A stretch of DNA of 64,000 nucleotides from a virus, in the IMG/VR virus record IMGVR_UViG_3300022221_000006, positions 1 to 64,000 of that record; one strand, 5' to 3'. Positions 10,701-19,000 of the stretch are shown piece by piece (the first letter of the stretch is position 1; each line of letters opens with the position of its first letter). The notes under the pieces are model-generated. The model searched no databases. It worked only from the letters and a program-made list of their open reading frames with translations, and had not been told where the DNA came from. The translations under genes and the position numbers were made by a program.

Positions 10701-11987
10701 GCTACAAAATCATGGACAAATTATAGTTATCCAACTACTGCTGATACACTCAGTATTGCACAAGATACGTTAATTTCATTTGCTGAAGGATTTAGCGCAG
10801 TTGGTCAAACAGATACTCAGGAGAATGTCGGTGCAGGTGTAACTCATACGCTTGGTGTCGGGCATGAAAATAAACACTACTATATCTACAAAGATAAAGC
10901 TGGCGCATTCGGTGTTACCGAGAATCGACCACTGGAAGACTCTGATAAGTGGGGTGATAGATCACCATCTGATGCTACCTTACGTACTACCTCAAGGCAT
11001 TTTGATTACGAGAGTGATACAGGAGTTGTGTTAGCAAGTGGCGAAAACTCTACTAACTATGCGTATAATGCATTTAATAAAGATATAAATGACATTATTA
11101 CAGTAGGTAGTTACTGGCAAATTGCGTCCTCTACAATATCTTGGTTACAGTACAAGCAAACCGAGAAACGAATTCTCAAATCATGGAGAATAAAAGCACA
11201 TGGAGACTCTACCGAATTACCTTCACGACTAATCATCCAAGGCTCAAATGATGGTCTTAATTGGATTAATATTGATACTACGTATTCAGCTTCTAATTAC
11301 GTTGGGAGTCTGCTTAATTTGTGGGGAGATCTGCAATCTACTGCAGACAATACTGTAGCCTATTTATACCATAGAATTTATATCACAGCTAATAACGGTG
11401 ATCCTACATATACAGGTTTTAGTGAGTTAGAATTTAACACTATTCTCCCATCAGATCGTTTTGATGTAGCTGAAGGTGTACTTTATAACTCTGCTGGTTC
11501 TCCTATTGCTAGAACTTATCTCGCTGAGTTCCGTACTGATGACAATGGCGGCGTAATTAATAATACAATCCGTAACTTTACTCCAGCTAAGCAAAAATTC
11601 ACTGAAGCTGAGATTCAAGGGAAGTTAAAAGTTCATGATGAAATTGAGAATAGGGGTATCTGTACGGCATGGGTGAACTTCGATGGTACTCAGAATCCTC
11701 CTTTGATACTGGATAGTTACAATGTAAGCGATGTAGTTGATTTAGGTGTTGGAGCTTACAAAATTATATTTGAAACTCCGATGGATTTACCTGCTTATAC
11801 AGTCGCTGGTTACGCACAACATGCGGAGAGTGTTACAGATTCTAGTTTCAATATACGTGGTTACGGGAATTCTATCACTAAACAGTCTGTGACTGTTCAA
11901 TCAACTGTGGTAAACGAGACATCATCTGCGAGAACTGATTTAGGCGCAGTATGTGTATCTATATTTGGAGGTAAGAAAATACTATGA
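7746..11987 (+). CDS. tail fibre / receptor-binding protein (1413 aa)
   Basis: N-terminal EIDANFTNLN; Gly/Asn N.AIG..AL beta-roll repeats; internal duplication; discoidin-like segment; C-terminal AWVNFDG...SYNV fibre domain. Confidence 0.85.
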   Translation: MTDILTRAAKGDLLEHFEIDANFTNLNNDKIETSLLGLTEGKIPLLGPGGLFPESVFSSVGGLFTEDASNNIVGGTGSGASLTTGTYNFFAGSNAGNLLQSGRDNIAIGYRSLSVNLVNNNNVAIGSAALRFATGAALTALGPYAGNKISSGSNSIAIGWAALGQIDATSASITGSGNVGMGLYAVGGLSTNPTTLHTNLGVGNYALSDLQTGGFNTGLGTQTLETITTGLGNTAIGDRAGRNLTSSSSYNVMIGFRAGPGTGANVHNKLYIHNNVSSTPLIYGDFAISKITINGDFDVTGAFTSLGIDDNATGERLQIADTLSSFGASGVFYGLIHPANDQGITIAGGNAPAKGGNIELGGGTHVSIAGDIRIRSGANSVFTWDESLGSLTLSTGAGVKTTALTINASQRATFSGDVRLSGDTPTLSINDVVSVSDTAMQTYISLQRAGAEKGWLGFGSGANTHLSIVNNLGEIRLSSNGVTALTLDASQDATFAGAVTVQGVFTSLGIDDNASSERLQIADGDIVLGGWHDANYTVKRGIDNRILIFEGGVTSAGSARLLLYGATETTGAGDFALKSGFNTVCLWDESAGALTLSTGAGAKTAALTLDASQNATFAGTVDGRDVAADGAVLDSLVVTSAPNIPARNAVLNKEPVSQGESTRTGMSSTIYTGTSSANPVASGIDMATGEFGGLVWIKSRNTVSNHALFDTVRGTTLELKSNSSGVEVINSDALTAFTSTGFSLGADANVNSIGNTYIAWSWQTNKKITGVTNRNKSYTCHYNPDMGFSIVSYVGDGVAGHEIPHHLGVSPELSIFKNITSSNNWILQGKDIGNSESGDYILLNATNTLTNTTSVKSIFTEETVSLGIASYNTSGVSNIAYHFSSVEGVSKVGKYIGTGAIGNYVECGFTPAFVMIKNITTAEDWQVLDVIRGGGNLLQANTTSAEQSVVLLTINAQGFILLGSGGTNKLNDEYIFLAFSLATSDATKSWTNYSYPTTADTLSIAQDTLISFAEGFSAVGQTDTQENVGAGVTHTLGVGHENKHYYIYKDKAGAFGVTENRPLEDSDKWGDRSPSDATLRTTSRHFDYESDTGVVLASGENSTNYAYNAFNKDINDIITVGSYWQIASSTISWLQYKQTEKRILKSWRIKAHGDSTELPSRLIIQGSNDGLNWINIDTTYSASNYVGSLLNLWGDLQSTADNTVAYLYHRIYITANNGDPTYTGFSELEFNTILPSDRFDVAEGVLYNSAGSPIARTYLAEFRTDDNGGVINNTIRNFTPAKQKFTEAEIQGKLKVHDEIENRGICTAWVNFDGTQNPPLILDSYNVSDVVDLGVGAYKIIFETPMDLPAYTVAGYAQHAESVTDSSFNIRGYGNSITKQSVTVQSTVVNETSSARTDLGAVCVSIFGGKKIL

Positions 11988-12370
11988 TAGCTTATAATCA
12001 AGGAAATGGGCAAATTGCTATTTGCTCTCAAGTATCCAGTGTGCCTGAGGGTGCTCAATATATTGAAACTCATGTAGCTCCCATGGATAAACTATTTCGA
12101 TCAGCATGGAGACTAGGTGTTGATTCAATTGAGACTGATCTGTCCGGAGCTAAAATAATTGCTCATAATATGCGTCGAGCAAAACGAGAGATTGACTTTG
12201 CGCCTTATGACGAAATTATTGCTAAGCAGATTCCAGGACATGATGCAATAGCTGCTGAAGCTGCTAGAGCTGATATACGAACAGCAGATGCGTTACTGCA
12301 AAGTAACATAGATGCTTGTTTGGACGAGAACACCCTACGGGGTGTAATAGAACCACTAATAACTGTATAG
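11984..12370 (+). CDS. tail fibre assembly chaperone-like protein
   Basis: directly follows the fibre gene; FRSAW...AK.IAH..RR pattern. Confidence 0.6.
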   Translation: MIAYNQGNGQIAICSQVSSVPEGAQYIETHVAPMDKLFRSAWRLGVDSIETDLSGAKIIAHNMRRAKREIDFAPYDEIIAKQIPGHDAIAAEAARADIRTADALLQSNIDACLDENTLRGVIEPLITV

Positions 12371-12379
12371 GAAAATAAA

Positions 12380-12634
12380 ATGGCTTTAACAGAAACAAGA
12401 ATACCAGATCGAGTAATAACTCTTGAAGATGGGCAAATCGAAATACGTTACGCTAATCGAATCTTTCGGAACGGTAACTACGTCACCACAGACTACGACG
12501 TCGAGCGTATCGATGTTGGCGAAGATGTGTCAGGGAAAGAAGCATTGGTTCGTGATGTAGTGAACGGAAACGTTTTCACCGCCGAGCGTATAGCAGCTAG
12601 ACAGGCAGTCAAAGATGCTGAAGATCGGCAGTAG
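12380..12634 (+). CDS. small fibre-associated protein
   Basis: MALTE...I..LEDGQI.IR.A..I.R.G pattern typical of small proteins next to fibre genes. Confidence 0.55.
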   Translation: MALTETRIPDRVITLEDGQIEIRYANRIFRNGNYVTTDYDVERIDVGEDVSGKEALVRDVVNGNVFTAERIAARQAVKDAEDRQ

Positions 12635-12998
12635 TGTACTACTATGCTCTCTGATGGGGACAGTCCTAGCGGATGACCTAGGGATAGGCTTCATAGATCG
12701 GACGGTCCATCTTCAAAGTTCAGACTCTGTCTTGAATGAAAACCATCATGGTCTCTACCTACGCTACAAGAGACTACGAATAGGAGAATACCGAAATAGC
12801 TATAATATGCAAAGTAACCTGTTAAATTATGAACTCAGTGAGCATTCAAATTATAGTACATTTGCAGGCATTGCTGATGGGTATCCTCAGAATAGACATC
12901 TCGGAGAGTACCGAATGATGTTCGGAGTAAGGGTTCGCCTAGGATTCTTGCGACTATTGATAACACCTGCTTTTATTGCGAGCAGTTACGAATTTTAG
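12615..12998 (+). CDS. secreted, putative outer-membrane beta-barrel protein
   Basis: signal peptide, amphipathic beta strands (NENHHGLYL, YRNSY, AGIADGY), C-terminal Phe. Confidence 0.55.
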   Translation: MLKIGSSVLLCSLMGTVLADDLGIGFIDRTVHLQSSDSVLNENHHGLYLRYKRLRIGEYRNSYNMQSNLLNYELSEHSNYSTFAGIADGYPQNRHLGEYRMMFGVRVRLGFLRLLITPAFIASSYEF

Positions 12999-13006
12999 GA
13001 GAACCT

Positions 13007-13384
13007 ATGGTTATTGTATGTGACGATGACATTTCATGGTTAACCTTCTTCAGCACTTGTGCAGAGAATACATTTGAAGATCTTATAATGACACAGTCAG
13101 GGAACTCACTCCTTGAGGTGTTAGAAGCACGGGAAGAGCAACCTTGTCTTGTTTTTCTAGATTTGAATATGATTCGAAAGACAGGAATTGAAACGGCTAT
13201 TGAAATTAAGAAAATAAATCCCACTATTCCTATAATAGTGATGAGTGCAGACATAACAAGAGATAGACTCAATGACGTCTACAAAACAGGTCTACAGATG
13301 TTCCTTCGAAAGGAGTATAATGTAGAGTATTTCTCACGGAGGTTGGCTAGTATCAAGGAGACCTACCTCCACCACTGTCAATAA
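13007..13384 (+). CDS. stand-alone response regulator receiver (CheY-like) protein
   Basis: CDDD acidic pocket, LVFLDLNM phospho-Asp, G after it, PIIVMSA (Ser/Thr), FLRK conserved Lys. Confidence 0.85.
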   Translation: MVIVCDDDISWLTFFSTCAENTFEDLIMTQSGNSLLEVLEAREEQPCLVFLDLNMIRKTGIETAIEIKKINPTIPIIVMSADITRDRLNDVYKTGLQMFLRKEYNVEYFSRRLASIKETYLHHCQ

Positions 13385-13397
13385 GCAGGACGGCGAT

Positions 13398-13826
13398 ATG
13401 TTTGAGACCCTATTTTCTGAGGTTAATAATGAAATCATAAAAACTATCGGAGTTGTACTGGTGGGTGTTGTTATTGTGTTCACCAAGAGCCTATATCGTC
13501 AAATTTTGAGGTTACAACTATATGTTTCTAGAAAATGTGAAGAACGTCGACACGCTCGACTCAAGAAACTTGCAAAACTTCTATGGGATTTGTCTATGGA
13601 GGATCAAGTGATGAATGCTCTTGAAGCAGTACAGCATAACAACGATAGAGAACATGAAAGAGTACGTAAGGACGGTGCTCGGACACTTATGATTTTAGAA
13701 GGATTCTTGACGGATAACAAAGCGGAGAACGTCGAAATACGACAAGCTCTCCTTGAAATAAACCAAACGCAACGTGAAATAATGCGCCAACTTATGGCGG
13801 GTGTTGCAAACAAAGAGGCATATTAA
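13398..13826 (+). CDS. single-TM coiled-coil membrane protein
   Basis: IGVVLVGVVIVF TM segment followed by a helical charged region. Confidence 0.6.
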   Translation: MFETLFSEVNNEIIKTIGVVLVGVVIVFTKSLYRQILRLQLYVSRKCEERRHARLKKLAKLLWDLSMEDQVMNALEAVQHNNDREHERVRKDGARTLMILEGFLTDNKAENVEIRQALLEINQTQREIMRQLMAGVANKEAY

Positions 13827-13830
13827 AAAG

Positions 13831-14004
13831 ATGAGTGCAGAACCATTAACTGTAAATGACTGTGAATTAATTGTACAGTTATTAGATCGAGTATCTATTA
13901 CAGGACATCAAGAACGAGCGGCTATGAATCAAACAGTCGACAAGATCTTACGTCTTCGAGAGAGTCTAGCAAATCCTCCCGAAATCCCTGATCCCGACGC
14001 CTAA
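13831..14004 (+). CDS. small hypothetical protein
   Basis: ATG 13831, 57 aa. Confidence 0.45.
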   Translation: MSAEPLTVNDCELIVQLLDRVSITGHQERAAMNQTVDKILRLRESLANPPEIPDPDA

Positions 14005-14070
14005 AAGGGGGTGATCAAAATCTACTGTGGAGAGGCCTCTCCATCTCTTTAACAAACCAGGATTATTTAA

Positions 14071-14394
14071 ATGTCTGAACAAAAAGTAGCAATGCCGCAA
14101 GGTAAAATAAATCTAGAGGTGTCTACCTCTGATGAAAGTGACGTATCGCAGAAAGAGTCTAGCGATGCAATGAAGGCAATGGAAGCGCTGGAAGAAGCGA
14201 AAGCAGCAGAAGCAAAGGCAATTGAAGAAGCAGCTGCCAATGCGGAACCCTTCACAAGCTCTTTAGATCGAATCCCTTCGAATTGGCATATTGTCGCAGG
14301 TAAGTACAAGAAGACTGTCGATGCCACCAACGAAGTCACAGGTAATACCTTCAGTGGTCCTATCCGTGAATTTAATGCCAAGCTAAGAGGTTAA
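14071..14394 (+). CDS. hypothetical protein upstream of portal
   Basis: AGGA RBS, 107 aa, Ala/Glu-rich. Confidence 0.65.
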   Translation: MSEQKVAMPQGKINLEVSTSDESDVSQKESSDAMKAMEALEEAKAAEAKAIEEAAANAEPFTSSLDRIPSNWHIVAGKYKKTVDATNEVTGNTFSGPIREFNAKLRG

Positions 14395-14398
14395 TCAA

Positions 14399-16009
14399 AT
14401 GACTGTAGCAAACGCCGCTGATGTCACCAGAACAGTAGCAGATCCTAACGCTGAATACCTATCAATGCGTGATATATGGGATCGAAACAGGGCTGTATGC
14501 GGCGGCGAGCGCTACGTAAAGGCCTTAGATCAACGCTTAAGTCCTAGCATGCAAAACATGCTTATTCCTTTTTCCCCATCTATGACGCAGCCTCAATATG
14601 ACTTCTATCGTTTAGAGGCTGAGTTACCTGGGATTGTGTCTCAATTTTCAAAGATGTTGGTAGGAGGTCTTCTGCGCAAGACCCCTGTACTAACTCTACC
14701 TGACGACATGCCTGAAGGTGTCCGTGAGGAGGCTCACGACTGGATCATGAATAGCTTCACCCAGGACAATTCATCAATCACATCCTTTCTAGACACCGCC
14801 TTGTGGGAAGAGATTCAAACAGGACGTGCCTGGGTATATGTAGATTATCCTTTTGTTGAAGATGCAGATTCACTTACAAATGCAGACTTCAGAGAACTTG
14901 CTCCATTTCCTATCCTATGGAAGCCTGAAGAGATTGTGAACTGGAAACTTGGAAAGGATGAGAAAGGAAATGCAGTCCTAAAACAGATCATTGTACGGAC
15001 ACTAGTCGAACAGTATGGTGATACTGAAGACACTGAATTTCATCCTACATTTAAAGATACAGTTTATGTTCATGAACTCGACAGCGTCGGATATTATCAG
15101 ATTCGCGTATTCGAAAGAGCTGATGATGTACAAGACGCACCGGTCGTTAATGGAAATCCCTACAAGAAACAATCCGATAGTAAGGTGGCTTTTCCTCTTG
15201 TAGACACGATCACTGGGATCAAAGCAAATGGCGAACGTTTGACACGAATCCCTGCATGGCCTCTTAATGGTAGCATGAAGATTACTGATCCAATCATTTC
15301 CGCTATCGTAGACAAAGAAATCAGTCTATATAATAAAATCAGTCGCCGTAATCACTTACTATATGGTGCTGCTACATACACTCCTGTGATATTCTCCGAC
15401 ATGGGTGAAAAAGAGTTCGACGAAATTGTAGCGAGTGGACTGGGAAGTTGGCTGCGGTTACCTATGGAGGCTAAAGTAGAGGTTCTAAAGACTCCTACAG
15501 ATGCTCTGAAAGATATGGAGAAAGCGATTGCAAGTGCTATTGAAGAGATGGCACGCTTAGGGATTCGTATGTTAAGTCCTGAGACTGCTCAATCAGGGAT
15601 TGCTCTTGAGATTCGGAATGCTGCCCAGACTGCTCAGCTAGGCTCCTTAAATAACAAGGTGTCTGCGATCATGTCTAAGATTATTGCTTTTATGCTGAAT
15701 TGGCGGTATGATTTAGAATTGACAGATTCTGATGTTGAATTTGACCTTTCATCTGACTTTAATCCCATCCCACTAGGTGCTGACTGGATTAGACTAGCAA
15801 CAGAATGGTATGAGAACGGTCTACTTCCACGTAGCGTTTGGCTTCAGATTCTGAAACAGAATGACATTGTCTCTCCTGACTATGATGATGAAGACGGTCA
15901 GACAGAGATTATTGAAGACGACCTGATACAAGGTCAGGCGAAGGCCGAAAATGAAGATATCCAAGATCAACTTGACAAAGAACTGGAAGATGAAGATTTA
16001 GATGCCTAA
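14399..16009 (+). CDS. portal protein (DUF4055-like)
   Basis: 536 aa; GRAWVYVDYP, PEEIVNW, acidic C-terminus; position before MuF/scaffold/capsid. Confidence 0.85.
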   Translation: MTVANAADVTRTVADPNAEYLSMRDIWDRNRAVCGGERYVKALDQRLSPSMQNMLIPFSPSMTQPQYDFYRLEAELPGIVSQFSKMLVGGLLRKTPVLTLPDDMPEGVREEAHDWIMNSFTQDNSSITSFLDTALWEEIQTGRAWVYVDYPFVEDADSLTNADFRELAPFPILWKPEEIVNWKLGKDEKGNAVLKQIIVRTLVEQYGDTEDTEFHPTFKDTVYVHELDSVGYYQIRVFERADDVQDAPVVNGNPYKKQSDSKVAFPLVDTITGIKANGERLTRIPAWPLNGSMKITDPIISAIVDKEISLYNKISRRNHLLYGAATYTPVIFSDMGEKEFDEIVASGLGSWLRLPMEAKVEVLKTPTDALKDMEKAIASAIEEMARLGIRMLSPETAQSGIALEIRNAAQTAQLGSLNNKVSAIMSKIIAFMLNWRYDLELTDSDVEFDLSSDFNPIPLGADWIRLATEWYENGLLPRSVWLQILKQNDIVSPDYDDEDGQTEIIEDDLIQGQAKAENEDIQDQLDKELEDEDLDA

Positions 16010-19000
16010 TGTAAATACAGCGATCTATGATGGTAAAGTAGATCGCGCTGCTATGCTACGCCTGTACGAACAGAATACCCATGGAAAGATAGAAGCTGTC
16101 TTTGATGGTCATGTAGTTCGTCTAGATAAGCTAGTGAAGAAGTCTAAAATTAATTCAAAGACTTTCAAAGACTTTCAAAAGAATCTTGATATCGAATTGA
16201 AGAAGACCTACAAGGAAGCCTTTAGTGTTTCTAAAAGGTCACTGCTTGACATGGCAGCAGATCAAATGTCGTTTACATACCAGAATTTAGATGCTGCATT
16301 AAGTAAGGTGTGGCGCACAAAGAGACCCCAAAGACGTATCTCTGAAGATATTGTCTTAAAACAACCACTCTACGAGAATAGAACTCTTGAGATGGGTTGG
16401 AAAGGGGTCTCTAAAAACGAACGAAAAAGACTTGCGCAAGTGATTCGTAAAGGTATTGCAGACGGTGATACCGAAGAGATCATCGCCAGGAATATCAGAA
16501 GAGGCAATGTTCATAAAATAACCCGTAATCAATCGCGATCGTTAGTGACCACTGCAATGACGAGTGTTAATGCTCAGGTCGATCATAGTGTCTATGTCGA
16601 GAATGAAAAAGCACTTCAGGGTTGGCAGTATGTAGCTGTTCTTGACTCAAGTACTACACAGATATGTGCCTCCCGTGATGGTAAGATATATGGCGTCGAT
16701 GACACAGCGTACCTCCCTCCTGCTCATTGGCAGTGTCGTTCGACAATAATCCCTGTGGTTAAGAAGTGGGAAGATCTTGCAAGTCTAGAGAGCGTTGCTC
16801 AGCTGCGTAGAAGAAATATGGCAAAACTAAGCCCTGCTCAGATAGCTAGATACGATGGCCAGACGCCTCTGAAAGAAACATATAATGCCTGGCTCCTGAG
16901 ACAGCCTTCAAAGATCCAATATACGCATCTAGGTGATTGGCAGAAAGTAGACCTTTTTAACAAAGGGAAGATACATCTTTCTAAATTTACTTCTCCGGAC
17001 GGTAAAACATTAGGGATTCGTCAATTGCGTCGGATGACAGATTCTGAGTATGCACCTCCAACAGGTTCTCAACGTTTTGCATTAGCAAAGGAAAAACTAG
17101 ATGCGATGAATCTTGGTGCTATCTCTCCTGATGATTTTATAAACGACCGTAAGATGACAAACACCCTAAAGAATTTCTACATTCTTCAATCAAAAGAATT
17201 GGACGGTACTTTATCACTTACTAACTATAGAGGAAATCTCATAGGAACAAAGAGAGCACAGAAACGAAGAGTGCTTACAAGACCTCCCAGAGAAGAACAG
17301 GTGATTTTCAATCCGGTCACAGGTCGTTATGAAGATTCAAGAATGTTTCAGCCAACACCTTCTGTTCTCGTGAACAATATGAGGCTTGTGAATGAGAGTA
17401 GTATTCTTAAGGTCGCAGATAAAGAATACATCGATCGTTTTATTGGAAGTCTCTCTGAGTATATGAGTGTAAATGAAAGAGCTGTCGTGGCTGATAATCT
17501 GAGAATTCTCTTCACAAGATATCGAAAGAACCCCGAGAATTGGGTTAACTTTAAAGCCATTTCACAAGCACAGATTAAGTTTGACGTAATGAATGTCTCT
17601 GACACAATCGAGACACAGCTCAGAAGCGATGCGAATCTACTGAAGAAGCTTAAGCAGGATAATTACATTGACCCTGTCCTAGGTCCTGTTACCTTTGAAG
17701 ATCTTGACAAACACTTCATAAGTAATATATTAGAACGTAATAAATGGGAAGATCGTATTGCTCCTAAAATCTCAGAGGAACTCCGTGACGTTTTCGATCA
17801 CAACATACCATTTAAAATACGAAGACGTTTGAGTGATTCAAATTTACAGCAGTTCTATCTAAAATTTGCACATAGACTTTCTCTGGCAGACAGTCCTGAT
17901 GTAGACCAGCTAGCGGCTGCTTTAGGTCGTGATCTGTACAATCTTGCGAACTATAATGGCAATCGTCGACAATGGTATGACCTAGGTAAGAAACTTTTAG
18001 AGTCGAATAATAAATTCTTCGAACTAGAAACCTTTGGAGTTCAGAAAAGACGTATGAAAAGTAGAATGAGTGGTCAGCTATTTGGACCTTATTACGACAC
18101 GTTCTCTTACAACATTCGCATCACAGACCCTCGTATCCAGAGGTATTCTCAGCTAAATAGAAAGATTGAGGTAGGTCTCAGGATCGGTGTCACAGATGTC
18201 GGTAATCGACTGGTCTTTCGAGAAGGTTATAAAACGTACTTCATCAAAAACCGTCTTGGCCTCTACACAGACACTCGGATACCAATTACGTCAACAAGCA
18301 GTTTTATGGACTTTCCAGAAGGTCTTATAGACAAAGAAATGGCCGCATCTTTGAACTGGGCAGCTAAGACTGAGTATCGAATCGATGAGGACTTCTACGA
18401 CTCGATCATGCATATAATGAACTTCACAGACGATAAAGGTAAGGCAAAATACTTCGATGATATAAACGAGTACCGTAAATATATAGCAGCTAGAGGTGAT
18501 GCGTATGAAAGATTTAAAGCGATGGAGTGGTTTCGTAAGAGAGGAGTTGCTTTTAGTAATCATCCTTTTGTTGACCACCGTGTGCGTATCTATGACCGTG
18601 GCTTTATCGGTCCTCAGTCTGGTGAAACTTTTAGACCTTTCCTGAATACTGCCAAGGAGAAAGTCTTAGGCATCGATAACTTTAGAAATCTGCAAGATCA
18701 AATTGGAGCTTTCTTAGGAGGTCTCGATGACTATTTTGAAGGTCGTTATAACTCTCTAAGTGTGACAGGGCGACAGAAGATTGCAATAAAATGGCGTAAA
18801 GAGCTGGTTACTATTGGAAATCATATGATACGAAATAAGCCAAATGATGTCCGTAAGATTCTTCAGTCAGACATGGTGGCTAGAATCGAAGGTGAAGAAT
18901 TAGGTAAGTTTCTCAGATTCGCAATTGAAGTTGCTAAGATAGATAATTATCTAGACGGTGTCTATAACAAAACCTCTCTTCAAAAGCTTTCTAAATACAA

